Counted from the first letter of the stretch, positions 44,689-55,105 are shown. The stretch is 64,000 nt of DNA from an uncultured Bifidobacteriaceae bacterium (GCA_964372085.1 CAYJPQ010000009.1:12415-76414); one strand, 5' to 3'. Notes: generated from the sequence alone by a model not told the origin. Numbers and translations: made by a program.

Positions 44689-46614
44689 ATGACGATGCTC
44701 GACCGGATGCGGCGACACAAGGGCTGGCTCAAGTGGAGCCTGGCGCTGGTCGTGCTGACTTTTGTCGTGTTCTACATCCCCGACTTTCTCACCACGACCA
44801 CGGGCGCCTCCCCCACCGAGGTGCTGGCCGAGGTCGACGGCGAGCCCATCACCGTGGGCGCGTTCCAGCGCCGCTACAACGCGCAGGTCAACGCCTATCG
44901 CAACGCCTACGGCGCGCAGATGAACGACGCGCTGCTGAAGCAGCTGGGCATCGACCGCCAGATCCTCCAGCAACTGGTGGACGAGGAAGCCATGGTGGCC
45001 GAGGCCCGCAAGCAGGGCATCACCGTGAGCGACGTCGAGATTCGCGAGCGCATCCTCGCCCTGCCGGGCTTCCAGGAGAACGGCCGGTTCGTGGGCGAGC
45101 AGCGCTACCGGCAGATTCTCCAGTTTCAGAACCCGCCGCTCACCACCTCCGAGTTCGAGGCGACGCTGCGCCGCGCCATCCAGATCGAGAAGCTCCGCAC
45201 CGCACTCACCGGCTGGATGTCGGCGAGCGACGAGGAAGTGGCCGCCGAGTACCGCCGCCGCAACGAGAAGGTGAAGCTCGACATCGTGCCGGTCACCGCC
45301 GACGCCTTCACGAGCCAGGTGAAGCTGGCCGACGCCGACCTGGCCGCCTACTTCGAGAAGAACAAGGACGCGTACCGCATCGGCGAGCAGCGCCGGATCA
45401 AGTACGCGCAGGTGGCCGTGGACCAGGTGCGCGCCGCCATCACCGTGCCCGACGCCGACATCGCCGCCTTCTACCAGCAGAACCTCGCGCAGTACCAGAC
45501 GCCCGCGCAGGTGCGTGCCAGCCACATCCTGTTCCACACGGAGGGCAAGGACGAGAACGCCGTCAAGGCGCAGGCCGAGGATGTGCTGAAGAAGGCCAAG
45601 GCGCCCGGCGCGGACTTCGCGGCCCTCGCCAGGCAGTACTCCGAGGACGAGAGCAACAAGGACGTCGGCGGCGACCTCGACTACTTCGGCCGCGGCCGCA
45701 TGGTGCCCGAGTTCGAGCAGGCCGTCTTCCAGATGAAGGCCGGCGACATCAGCGACCTCGTCAAGACCTCGTTCGGCTTCCACATCATCAAGGTGGTTGA
45801 CATGCAGCCCGAGATCACGCGGCCCCTGGCCGAGGTGCGGGCGGAGATCGAGGACCAGCTGAAGTGGCAGAAGGCGCAGAGCGAGGCCGAGCGCATCGCC
45901 CGGTCGCTCGAGTCCACCATCAAGACTCCCGCCGATCTCGACAGGGTCGCCAGGGAACGCGGCTATGCGGTGGTGGAATCGGGGCTGTTCGCCGCCGACG
46001 GCGCCATCGACGGCCTGGGCCCGCAGCCCGAGATGGCGGCCCGCGTCTTCGACATGAAGGAAGGCGACGTCACCCCGGCCCTGCGCGTCGCCACGGGCTG
46101 GGTGTTCGCCACGCTCACCGGCCGGCAGGATGCCTATGTCCCCACGCTCGACGAGGTGAAGGCCAAGGTCACCGCCGACGCGACGCGCGAGAAGGCGGCC
46201 GAGCTCGCCCGGGCCCGCGCCTCGGCCATCGCCGTCGACCTTAAGGCGGCCAGGGACTTCGCGGCCGCCGCCAAGCGCGCCGGCCTCGAGGTGAAGACCA
46301 CCGAGCTCGTGACGCGCGGCACCGCCCTGCCCGACCTGGGCATCAGCGAGGCGGTCGACGCGGCGGCCTTCGCGCTGCCGGTCGGCGGCGTGAGCGACGC
46401 GGTGTCGACGCCCGACGGCACCGCCATCGTCCGCGTGGTGGAGCGCCAGGACGTGACCGACGCCGAAATCGAGGCGGGGCGGGATCAACTGCGCGACGAG
46501 CTGGTGAACCAGCGGCGCGACAAGTTCTTCGGCGCCTACATGCAGAAGGCCAAGGCCGGCCTCACCATCAACATCAAGCAGGACACCCTGGCCCGCATCG
46601 TCGGGCCCGTGTAG
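44689..46614 (+). CDS. PpiD/SurA-like periplasmic chaperone with parvulin PPIase domain
   Basis: N-terminal anchor WLKWSLALVVLTFVVFYIP. SurA-N-like region. Parvulin motifs (RASHILF...FGFHIIKV). Confidence 0.8.
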   Translation: MTMLDRMRRHKGWLKWSLALVVLTFVVFYIPDFLTTTTGASPTEVLAEVDGEPITVGAFQRRYNAQVNAYRNAYGAQMNDALLKQLGIDRQILQQLVDEEAMVAEARKQGITVSDVEIRERILALPGFQENGRFVGEQRYRQILQFQNPPLTTSEFEATLRRAIQIEKLRTALTGWMSASDEEVAAEYRRRNEKVKLDIVPVTADAFTSQVKLADADLAAYFEKNKDAYRIGEQRRIKYAQVAVDQVRAAITVPDADIAAFYQQNLAQYQTPAQVRASHILFHTEGKDENAVKAQAEDVLKKAKAPGADFAALARQYSEDESNKDVGGDLDYFGRGRMVPEFEQAVFQMKAGDISDLVKTSFGFHIIKVVDMQPEITRPLAEVRAEIEDQLKWQKAQSEAERIARSLESTIKTPADLDRVARERGYAVVESGLFAADGAIDGLGPQPEMAARVFDMKEGDVTPALRVATGWVFATLTGRQDAYVPTLDEVKAKVTADATREKAAELARARASAIAVDLKAARDFAAAAKRAGLEVKTTELVTRGTALPDLGISEAVDAAAFALPVGGVSDAVSTPDGTAIVRVVERQDVTDAEIEAGRDQLRDELVNQRRDKFFGAYMQKAKAGLTINIKQDTLARIVGPV

Positions 46615-46617
46615 CCC

Positions 46618-48375
46618 CTACCTTACAAACACGTAAGGCATGTGGGCTAGGATCTGGCCCGAGCGAAACAGCCTCGACGGCGCGAGCAGGGCGGAGAGCG
46701 CCCGCCGCTCGCGCGGTCCGAGCAGCGTGACCAGCGCCTCGGCCGCCCCGGCCTCCTGCATGCGGCCCACGGGCGCCTGCAACTCCTCGCTCAAGACCTC
46801 GTAGAAACTGCGGCGGGGCGGCAGCACCAGCAACGACACTTCCTCCTCGGCCGGGATGCGCGCGCGCTGCTTGGCGAGCGCAATGGCATCGTAGAGGCCG
46901 CCGAGCTCGTCAACCAGGCCCAGCTGCCGCGCCTGCTGCCCCGTCCACACCCGCCCCTGCGCCACCTCGTCGATCTTCTCGGGCGCCATCTGGCGCGCGG
47001 CCGCGGCCCGCTCGACGAACTGGTCGTACACCGCCTGCATCGACGCCTCCACCTTGGCCCGCTCGTCGGGCGTGAAGCGGCGGTCGGGAGAGTACATGTC
47101 GGCGTGCTTGCCGCTGGTGGTGCTCTCGATGTTGGCCCCGAGCTTCTCGAGCGAGCCCGCCATCACGAACTTCCCCGTGTAGACGCCAATCGATCCGGTG
47201 AGCGTGCCCGGCTGCGCGACGATGGCATCGCCGCCGAGCGCGATGTAGTAGCCGCCCGACGCGGCCAGGTCGGACATCGACACGATGATGGGCCGGCCCG
47301 TGGAGCGCGAGATCGACAGCTCGCGCCAGATGACATCCGACGCCGTGGACGAGCCGCCGGGGCTGTCGACGCGCAGCACGATGGCGCGCACGGCGGGGTT
47401 GGCACGCGCCTGGCGGATGTACTCGACGATCGAGTCGGAGCCGGTCACCGCCCCGTTGACCGGGTCGAAGCCGCTCTTGCCCGACGCGATGACGCCCACC
47501 GCGTTGATCACGGCGACGGTGGCCCCGCGCGTGACACCCGCCGACTCCCACGACACCTTCGCGTAGTCGTCGGCCTCGATCAGCGTCGCCTCCGCCAGGT
47601 CGGCGTTCACGTCGTCGAGTTCGTCGTCGTACGCCACTTCGTCGATGAGGCCCAGGCGCAGGGCCTCGTCTGGCTGGAAGGGGCCCTCGTCGATGGCGGC
47701 GCGCACGTCGGCCTCGGGCTTGCGGCGCCCCTCGGCGATGGCCCGCACGAGCTGATCGTACTGGTCGCGATTGAGCGACTCGCTCATCTCGCGGTGCGCG
47801 GGCGTGAAGCTCTTTTCCAGGTAGGTGTTGACGGCGGACTTGTAGTCGCCGACGTGCAGGAAATCGGGATAGGTGCCGATCCAGTCGAAGGTGCCGCGCA
47901 GGAAGACCTCGTAGGTGGCGATGCCGGTGAGGTCGAGCGTGGCCGACGGCAGCAGGTAGATGCGGTCGGCGGCGGTGGCCAGCAGGTATTCCCGGTCGCC
48001 GGCGTTCTCGAGGTAGGCGTGCACGTACTTGCCGCTCTGCTTGAAGTCGATCAGGGCCGCCCGCAGCTCCTGGACCTTGGCCCAGAAGGGCGAATCGAGC
48101 GGGCCCGGCTTGAGCAGGATGCCGGCAATCCGGGGGTCGGCCTTGGCCTTGCGGATATCCTCGAGGTAGGCGCGCATGGTGAGCGCGTCACCGGCGCCAA
48201 AGGCCACGTCGGGCAGCACCTCGGGCAGGTCGCCGCTTGGCCGCAGCACGAGCGTGGAGTGCGCCGACACCCGGGGTTCCTGGCCCACGGCCAGGTACAG
48301 CACCAGCATCGCGGCCGCGGACACGCCGGTGGCCACGAGCAGCAACAGCACGACGAACCGCGCGCCTCGAGTCAT
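46618..48375 (-). CDS. sppA: Signal peptide peptidase SppA (67K type, duplicated S49 domain)
   Basis: Two ClpP/S49-like halves. SDLAASGGYY motif. ATG 48375 precedes the TM helix. GTG 48441 is an alternative start. Confidence 0.8.
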   Translation of the reverse strand: MTRGARFVVLLLLVATGVSAAAMLVLYLAVGQEPRVSAHSTLVLRPSGDLPEVLPDVAFGAGDALTMRAYLEDIRKAKADPRIAGILLKPGPLDSPFWAKVQELRAALIDFKQSGKYVHAYLENAGDREYLLATAADRIYLLPSATLDLTGIATYEVFLRGTFDWIGTYPDFLHVGDYKSAVNTYLEKSFTPAHREMSESLNRDQYDQLVRAIAEGRRKPEADVRAAIDEGPFQPDEALRLGLIDEVAYDDELDDVNADLAEATLIEADDYAKVSWESAGVTRGATVAVINAVGVIASGKSGFDPVNGAVTGSDSIVEYIRQARANPAVRAIVLRVDSPGGSSTASDVIWRELSISRSTGRPIIVSMSDLAASGGYYIALGGDAIVAQPGTLTGSIGVYTGKFVMAGSLEKLGANIESTTSGKHADMYSPDRRFTPDERAKVEASMQAVYDQFVERAAAARQMAPEKIDEVAQGRVWTGQQARQLGLVDELGGLYDAIALAKQRARIPAEEEVSLLVLPPRRSFYEVLSEELQAPVGRMQEAGAAEALVTLLGPRERRALSALLAPSRLFRSGQILAHMPYVFVR

Positions 48376-48490
48376 CGCGTCCAGTATAGACCCGGCGGCC
48401 GCGGCGGTCGGTGAACGGCTTCTCGAGAAGCGGTCGCGCACGCGGCCTCGAGGAGCCGACCGCCCTGGAGCACAGCGAGGTGCCGTTCGA

Positions 48491-51490
48491 CTATCTCGGG
48501 CTCAGGGACGCCTTCAGTTTCTCCCACTCGGCCAGCAAGGCGTCGAGCGACGACGACGCGTCCTTCCACGCCGCCAGCAGCGCCGGCGTCGGCGCCACAT
48601 CGGCCGCCTCCACGGCGCCGAACAACTGCCCGAGGGGCTGCCGGGTCCGCGCGAGACGCTGCTCCATCTCCCCTAGCGCCGCCGTCCCGGGCGTCCGCGC
48701 CCGGATGTCGGCCAGGGCCTCGGCGGCCCGGCGCATGGCCGCGTCGATGGCGCGGGACGTGCCGTGCTGCAGCGCCAGCCCTTCGGCCGTCGTCTTCACG
48801 CGCGGGTCGATCCGCACCACCAGCGGTTGCGACTGGGTGCGGCCGTCCACGGTGAGCCGCACGGTGTAGGCGCCGGGCAGCGCCCACGATCCCAGCGGGG
48901 TGCGCGGGGTATTCGCGAGGATGGCCGCAATCGGGTAGCTGAAGGCGGCCGCGGCCGGCCGCTCGTGATGCACGTCCCACACGAAGCGATGCAGGCCTGG
49001 TGTGGCCGGCAGCGCGGCGTGGGGGCGAATCCAATAGTCGGGCGTGTTGCGTCCCTCCACCAGCGGCTCCACCGGATCGCTGCTCGAGTAACGCCTCACC
49101 AATGCGCCCCGGGCATCGAGGATCTCCAGCGTGACGGGTCCGAGCGGCGCCGTGCGGAGGTAGTAGTGCACGATGGCGCCGTCGGGCGGGTTCTGGCCCG
49201 CGGGCTCGTCGGGCGGCAGCGGCGTGTCGGTGTTCTTGTTCCACCGGAAGCGCCAGGCCTGCTGGGGGGCAAACAGGTGGACGTCGGCCGCCACCACGGC
49301 GGCGGCCATCTGGCGCAGCGGCGTGATGTCGTCGAGGATCCAGAACGACCGCCCGTGCGTCCCCACCACCAGGTCGTCGTCCTTGATCACCAGGTCGCGA
49401 ATCGAGGTGGCCGGCATGTTGTTGCGCAGCGACTGCCAATGGTCGCCATCGTCAAACGAGACGTACACCGCGTGCTCTGAGCCGGCAAAGAGCAGGCCGC
49501 GGCGCCCGGGATCTTCGCGGACGACGTTGATGACGCCGCCGTCGGGGATGCCGTCGGTGATGTGCGCCCAGGTCCGGCCGCCGTCGCGCGTGCGATAGAT
49601 GTGGGGGCGCAGGTCGTCGAGGCGGAACGTGTTCACCGCCGCGTAGGCGGTGTTCACGTCGAAATGCGACGCGTCCATGATCGAGATCTTCGACCACGGC
49701 GCCAGCGCCGGCGGCGTGACATCCTGCCAGGCCTTGCCGCCGTCTCTCGTCACGTGGATCAACCCGTCGTCGGTGCCCACCCAGATGGTCTGCTCGTCCA
49801 GGTACGAGGGAGCGATGGTGTAGATGACGCCGCGCTGGGTGGGCTTGGCCTCGGGCAACGACGCATACACGCCGACGTTGGCCGGCACCGCCCAGGTCGG
49901 GCGCGTGAGGTCGGGACTCACCTGCTGCCAGTTCTGCCCGCCGTCCACGGTTTGCCAGAGCACGTTCGACGAGAAGTAGAGCTTTCGCGGATTCACTGGG
50001 GAAAACAGCACCGGCATGGTGCGCACCACGCGATAGCCCGCGCCCCGCGTGAACCGGGGCGCCACGTTCTGCACCTGGCCGGTGCGGCGATCCCATCGCG
50101 AGACCTTGCCGCCGTACACGATGTCGGGATCCAGCGGATCGGGCGCGACGTAGCCGTACTCCTCCACGCCCACCGGCGACCACTCGCGGAAGGTGATCTG
50201 CCCGTGGTCGCCGCGGCTCTGGACGCACGCCGACCCGCTTTCCTGCTGCCCGCTGCACACGCGGTAGGGAAACGCGTTGTCGGTGGTCACGTGGTAGAAC
50301 GCCGCCGTCGCCTGGTTGTACCAGCTGCTCCACGACTCGCCGCCGTTCAGGGTGACCACGGCGCCCTGGTCGGAGGTCATGGCGATGATGTCGGGGTTCG
50401 TGGGGTTGATCCAGGCCCGCTGGTAGTCGTCTCCACCAGGCGCTCCCCTGAGGGCCGTGAAGGTGCGCCCGCCGTCGACGGACTTCCAGGTGACGATGGT
50501 CGGCACGAACACGATGTCGGGATTGGTGGGATGCACGCGGATGTCGGTGGCGTCGTAGGGCCGGGCCAGCACGCGCGGGTCGCTGTTCACGCGCGTCCAG
50601 CTCTCGCCGGCGTCGTCCGACCGGAACACGCCCGAGGTGCGGGCCTCGACGACGGCGAAGAGCCGCGAGGGGCGGCTGGGCGCGATGCCGATGCCGATGC
50701 GCCCGAGCCGATCGGCGTTCCACGTGGGCAGGCCGTTGGTGAGCGGGCGCCACGTGGCGCCGCCATCGGTGGACTTGAAGAGGCCGCTGCCAGGGCCGCG
50801 AAAGTCGCCGTTCTCCCAGGGGCCCTGGCGGGCCTGCCAGAGCGAGGCGTACACGACGTCCGGGTCCGACGGATCGAGCAGCACATCGGCGCCGCCGGTG
50901 TTCTCGTCCTTGTAGAGCACGCGCTCGAACGTCTGACCTCCGTTGGTCGAGCGGAAGATGCCGCGCTCGGTGTTGGGCCCGTAGGGATGGCCGAGCGCCG
51001 CCACGAACAGGCGATCGGCATTCCGCGGATCGACCACCACCTGGCCAATCTGCTGCGTGTCACGAAGGCCAAGGTGCACCCAGGTCTTGCCGGCGTCCGT
51101 GGACTTGTACATGCCGTCGCCCGTGGCCAGATCGGGCCTCTGCTGGGCTTCGCCGGCGCCCACGTAGATGATATTGGGGTTGGACGGCGCCACCGCGAGC
51201 GCGCCGATCGAGCCGGTAGGCTGGGCGTCGAAGATCGGCGCCCAGGTGCGCCCGGCGTCGGTGGTCTTCCAGACGCCCCCATTCACCACGCCGATGTAGA
51301 AGGTGTGCGGCTGGGTGGGCACGCCGTCGAGCGCCTTGGTTCGGCTGGCGCGGTGCGGGCCGATATTGCGCCACTGCAGTTCCTGGAACAGGGCTGGGGC
51401 GAACGCCGGGACGGCCTGCGCCCCGAGGTGTTGGACACCCGCGGCGGCCAGCGCGGCCACGGCCATGAAAACCACGAGTCTGCGCGCCAT
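48491..51490 (-). CDS. Secreted BNR/Asp-box repeat protein (sortilin/VPS10-like beta-propeller, often annotated glycosyl hydrolase)
   Basis: Signal peptide MARRLVVFMAVAALAAAG. At least 10 Asp-box-like S/TxDxGxTW motifs (TTDAGRTW, STDAGKTW, STDGGATW, SDDAGESW, TVDGGQNW, TRDGGRTW...). Start at ATG 51490; the track ORF is over-extended to 52930. Confidence 0.8.
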   Translation of the reverse strand: MARRLVVFMAVAALAAAGVQHLGAQAVPAFAPALFQELQWRNIGPHRASRTKALDGVPTQPHTFYIGVVNGGVWKTTDAGRTWAPIFDAQPTGSIGALAVAPSNPNIIYVGAGEAQQRPDLATGDGMYKSTDAGKTWVHLGLRDTQQIGQVVVDPRNADRLFVAALGHPYGPNTERGIFRSTNGGQTFERVLYKDENTGGADVLLDPSDPDVVYASLWQARQGPWENGDFRGPGSGLFKSTDGGATWRPLTNGLPTWNADRLGRIGIGIAPSRPSRLFAVVEARTSGVFRSDDAGESWTRVNSDPRVLARPYDATDIRVHPTNPDIVFVPTIVTWKSVDGGRTFTALRGAPGGDDYQRAWINPTNPDIIAMTSDQGAVVTLNGGESWSSWYNQATAAFYHVTTDNAFPYRVCSGQQESGSACVQSRGDHGQITFREWSPVGVEEYGYVAPDPLDPDIVYGGKVSRWDRRTGQVQNVAPRFTRGAGYRVVRTMPVLFSPVNPRKLYFSSNVLWQTVDGGQNWQQVSPDLTRPTWAVPANVGVYASLPEAKPTQRGVIYTIAPSYLDEQTIWVGTDDGLIHVTRDGGKAWQDVTPPALAPWSKISIMDASHFDVNTAYAAVNTFRLDDLRPHIYRTRDGGRTWAHITDGIPDGGVINVVREDPGRRGLLFAGSEHAVYVSFDDGDHWQSLRNNMPATSIRDLVIKDDDLVVGTHGRSFWILDDITPLRQMAAAVVAADVHLFAPQQAWRFRWNKNTDTPLPPDEPAGQNPPDGAIVHYYLRTAPLGPVTLEILDARGALVRRYSSSDPVEPLVEGRNTPDYWIRPHAALPATPGLHRFVWDVHHERPAAAAFSYPIAAILANTPRTPLGSWALPGAYTVRLTVDGRTQSQPLVVRIDPRVKTTAEGLALQHGTSRAIDAAMRRAAEALADIRARTPGTAALGEMEQRLARTRQPLGQLFGAVEAADVAPTPALLAAWKDASSSLDALLAEWEKLKASLSPR

Positions 51491-51550
51491 GGAGCACCTT
51501 CCTTGAGGGTTGAGGCGAGTGTAGCCGATGTGGCCGGGCCCGGGAGCGTC

Positions 51551-53920
51551 ATGCGATACTTCGCCATGCGAATCCGCCTGTTCCGGCGTCCCCTGCACGC
51601 CGCTCTCGTCTGCGTCCTCGCCGTGGCGGCCACGGCGCCGGTCGCCGCACAGCAGGCCGCTGGCGTCGGTGCCCTCACCACCGACGACTACGCGCGCGCG
51701 GAGCGGTTTCTCGGGTACAACACGGCCCCGCTCGTGGCCAACGGACCGGTGCGCGCCAACTGGATGCCGGGCGACCGCTTCTGGTACCGCAACCAATCGG
51801 CCGACGGCAGCCAGTTCATCCTGGTGGATGCCGCGAAGGCCGCCAAGGGCCCGGCGTTCGATCACGCCCGGGTGGCGGCGGCGCTGTCCACGGCCATGGG
51901 CAAGCCCGTGACGCCCGCGCGCCTGCCGTTCACCCAGATCACGATGGCGCCCGACGCCGCGGCGTTCTCGTTCGACAGCGACCTGAAGCGCTGGACATGC
52001 GACGTGCGGGGCGCCGCGTGCACGAGTGCCGATCGCCCGTCCCCCATTCCCAACGCGGTGCTGTCGCCCGACGGCACGCGGGCCGCATTCATCCGCGACC
52101 ACAACCTCTGGATGCGCACCATCGCCACGGGCGCCGACGTGCAGCTCACCACCGATGGCGTGAAGGACTTCGGCTACGCCACCGACAACGCCGGCTGGCG
52201 GCGCAGCGACCGACCCGTGCTGGTGTGGTCGCCCGACTCGAAGAAGATCGCCACCTTCCAGCAGGACCAGCGCGGCGTGAGCGAGATGTACCTCTCTAAC
52301 ACCGTGGCCGGCCGCCCGACCCTGCAGGCGTGGAAGTACCCGCTGCCAGGCGACGAGGTGATCACCACCATCCAGCGGGTGATCGTCGAGGTGGAAGGCC
52401 CCAAGGTGATCCGCCTCCGGATGCCGGCCGATCAGCACCGGTCCACCATCTGCGACGACGTGATCTGCGGCGGCGAGTGGGTGGACGTGCAGTGGCACCC
52501 GGACAGCGCGCAGGTGGCGTTCGTGTCGACCTCGCGCAACCACCAGCAGGCTAACCTGCGGGTAGCTGATGCGGCCACGGGCGCGATTCGCGAGGTCCTC
52601 GAGGAGAAGGGCGAAACCTTCCTCGAGTCGGGCAACGACCGGGCGAACTGGCGCTCGCTGCCAGGCTCGAACGAGGCCATCTGGTTCTCGCAGAAGGAGA
52701 ACTGGGGGCACCTCTACCTGCACGACCTGCGTACCGGCGCGCTGAAGCAGCGCATCACCGAGGGTGAGGGCAACGTCACGCAATTGCTGCGCGTGGACGA
52801 GGCCAACCGCGTACTCTTCTTCCAGGGCGTCGGCAAGGAGGCGGGGCGCGATCCGTACTTCCGGCACTTCTACCGCATCGACATGGACGGCCGGAACCAG
52901 CGGCTGCTCACCGCCGAGGACGCGGACCACGACGTGTCACTGTCGCCGTCGGGCCGGTTCTTCGTGGACAACTACTCGCGCCCCGACGTGCCCTCGGTGT
53001 CGGTGTTGCGAGACGCCACCGGAGTGGTGGTGTTGCCCCTCGAGACGGCCGACATCTCGCGCCTGCTCGCGACGGGCTGGAAGCCGCCGATGCCGATCAC
53101 GGTGAAGGACCGTGGGGGCGTGGGCGACCTGCACGGCCTGCTCTACCGGCCCACCAGCTTCGACGCGTCGAAGACGTACCCGATCATCAACCACATCTAC
53201 CCAGGCCCGCAGACCGGCAGCGTGGGCGGCCGCAGCTTCTCGGCCGCGCGGGGGGATGCGCAGGCCATCGCCGAGCTCGGCTTCATCGTGGTCGAGATCG
53301 ACGGGATGGGCACGCCCTGGCGATCGAAGCGCTTCCACGCGGCGTACTACGGCGACATGGGCGACAACACGCTGCCCGACCAGGTGGCCGGCATGAAGGA
53401 GCTGGCCCAACGCTATCCGTGGATTGACATCGACCGGGCGGGCATCTACGGCCACTCGGGCGGCGGGTTCGCCACCGCGGCGGCGATGTTCAAGTACCCC
53501 GACTTCTTCAAGGTGGGCGTCTCGCAGGCCGGGAACCACGACAACCGGGTGTACGAGGACGACTGGGGCGAGAAGTGGCACGGCCTGCTCGAGAAGAACC
53601 CCGACGGCACCACCAACTACGACAGCCAGGCCAACCAGAATTTCGCCAAGAACCTCAAGGGCAAGTTCCTGATCGCGCACGGCACGCTCGACTCGAACGT
53701 GCCGCCCAACAGCACGCTGCTGGTGGTGGACGCGCTCATCAAGGCGAACAAGGACTTCGAGTTGATCATGTTCCCCAACCGCGGGCACGGCTTCGGGAAC
53801 GAACCGTACATGGTGAGGCGGCGGTGGGACTTCTTCGTGAGGCACCTGCTCGGCGCGGAGCCGCCGGCCGGCTTTGAGATGAAGGGGCCGGCCCGGCAAG
53901 GACCAGCCCCCACGCCGTAA
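51551..53920 (+). CDS. S9 family peptidase, dipeptidyl-peptidase IV-like
   Basis: Signal peptide. DPP-IV N-terminal propeller-like region (RFWYRN...). C-terminal hydrolase domain with GHSGGG, plus candidate Asp and His residues. The in-frame upstream part of the track ORF is antisense to the BNR gene. Confidence 0.8.
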   Translation: MRYFAMRIRLFRRPLHAALVCVLAVAATAPVAAQQAAGVGALTTDDYARAERFLGYNTAPLVANGPVRANWMPGDRFWYRNQSADGSQFILVDAAKAAKGPAFDHARVAAALSTAMGKPVTPARLPFTQITMAPDAAAFSFDSDLKRWTCDVRGAACTSADRPSPIPNAVLSPDGTRAAFIRDHNLWMRTIATGADVQLTTDGVKDFGYATDNAGWRRSDRPVLVWSPDSKKIATFQQDQRGVSEMYLSNTVAGRPTLQAWKYPLPGDEVITTIQRVIVEVEGPKVIRLRMPADQHRSTICDDVICGGEWVDVQWHPDSAQVAFVSTSRNHQQANLRVADAATGAIREVLEEKGETFLESGNDRANWRSLPGSNEAIWFSQKENWGHLYLHDLRTGALKQRITEGEGNVTQLLRVDEANRVLFFQGVGKEAGRDPYFRHFYRIDMDGRNQRLLTAEDADHDVSLSPSGRFFVDNYSRPDVPSVSVLRDATGVVVLPLETADISRLLATGWKPPMPITVKDRGGVGDLHGLLYRPTSFDASKTYPIINHIYPGPQTGSVGGRSFSAARGDAQAIAELGFIVVEIDGMGTPWRSKRFHAAYYGDMGDNTLPDQVAGMKELAQRYPWIDIDRAGIYGHSGGGFATAAAMFKYPDFFKVGVSQAGNHDNRVYEDDWGEKWHGLLEKNPDGTTNYDSQANQNFAKNLKGKFLIAHGTLDSNVPPNSTLLVVDALIKANKDFELIMFPNRGHGFGNEPYMVRRRWDFFVRHLLGAEPPAGFEMKGPARQGPAPTP

Positions 53921-53923
53921 CGC

Positions 53924-55105
53924 CTAGCCGCGGGCCGTGATGGTGGCGGCCTTTTTCGGAAAGATTTCCTTGAAGGCCTTGGTGAAGCGGTCCATCTCCT
54001 CGGGCAGGCCGATCGAGACGCGCAGGTGCTGGAGCATCGGCGGGAACGGACGGCCCACGAGCACGCCCTTGGCGCGGAACTCCTCGATCACCGGCTGCAC
54101 CGTGCGGCCTTCGAGGCTGACCATGAAGAAGTTGGTCTGCGACGGGATCACCGGGTAGCCCCAGTCCTCGAGCTCGCGCACCGTCTTGGTCCGCTGCTCG
54201 ATGACCTTGCGCTTGACCTCGGCCTGGCTGGCGGTGTCCTTGAGCGAGGCCACGCCGCCCCACTTCACGAGGGCGTTGATGCTGCCGATCGAGAACGGGC
54301 GCATCTTCTGGATGAGGGCCGCGGGGGCCACGGCATAGCCGAGGCGCATGGCGGCCAGGCCCGCGATCTTCGAGAACGTGCGGGCGACGATCACCGGGCG
54401 GCCCTCGAGCACGTGGGGCACCGCGGTGGCGTAGCCCGCGTCATCGACGAAGTGATGATAGGCCTCGTCGATGAGCACCGGCATGTCCTTCGGGATGCCG
54501 TCGAGCAGTTGCTTCACGTCCTTCGCCGACACGACGACGCCCGTCGGGTTGTTGGGGTTGCACAGGTACACGAAGCCGACGTCCGTGGCGTTCGTGTTCG
54601 TCGCCTCGATCATCGCGTCGATGTTCTGCGTGAAATCCTTGTTGAGCGGCAGCTTGATCGCCTCGGCCTTGATGGCGGTGGCGTGCTGGTACACCGACCC
54701 GTACGACGGGTCGACGCCCACCACCTTCTTGCCGCCGAGCAGGAACGTCGTGCCGACCACATCGAGGATCTCCCCCGATCCGGCGCCGAGCATGATGTTC
54801 TCGGTCTTCACGCCGTGATGATCGGCAATGGCCTGCACGATGCCGCCATCGGGATAGCCGTACCGGTTCGCGTACTTCCACGCGCCGTTCATGGCCTTCA
54901 TCACCGACTCGGGCGGCCCCCAGTTGTTCTCGTTGCTCGACAGCTTCGCGAAGGCGTCGTATTCCTCGATCGTCGGCCGGCGGCGCCCGCCGCCCTGTCC
55001 CCCCTGGGCCAGCAGGTTGGCATCCGGGCGCAGGCCCAGGGCCCCCAGCGCAGCAGCGACTCCCCCAACAAACCGGCGACGCGAAACGGGCTGTCGAACA
55101 TCCAT
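53924..55105 (-). CDS. Class I/II PLP aminotransferase (HisC-like) with twin-arginine signal peptide
   Basis: SRRRFVGGVAAALGALGL Tat motif. LCNPNNPTG, IDEAYHHF and TFSKIAGLAAMRLGY (PLP Lys). GGAGGA lies 6 nt upstream of ATG 55105. Confidence 0.8.
   Translation of the reverse strand: MDVRQPVSRRRFVGGVAAALGALGLRPDANLLAQGGQGGGRRRPTIEEYDAFAKLSSNENNWGPPESVMKAMNGAWKYANRYGYPDGGIVQAIADHHGVKTENIMLGAGSGEILDVVGTTFLLGGKKVVGVDPSYGSVYQHATAIKAEAIKLPLNKDFTQNIDAMIEATNTNATDVGFVYLCNPNNPTGVVVSAKDVKQLLDGIPKDMPVLIDEAYHHFVDDAGYATAVPHVLEGRPVIVARTFSKIAGLAAMRLGYAVAPAALIQKMRPFSIGSINALVKWGGVASLKDTASQAEVKRKVIEQRTKTVRELEDWGYPVIPSQTNFFMVSLEGRTVQPVIEEFRAKGVLVGRPFPPMLQHLRVSIGLPEEMDRFTKAFKEIFPKKAATITARG

Noticed and set aside
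51491-52930. 5' extension of track ORF 48491..52930. Analogous extensions occur in 49562..51550, 18296..18748, 20683..21819, 39052..39513, 43435..43566 and 6135..6329.
   Set aside because: In each case the recognisable protein starts at an internal ATG or GTG with a signal peptide, an RBS or stop-start coupling to the neighbour. The upstream part overlaps another real gene or a repeat array.
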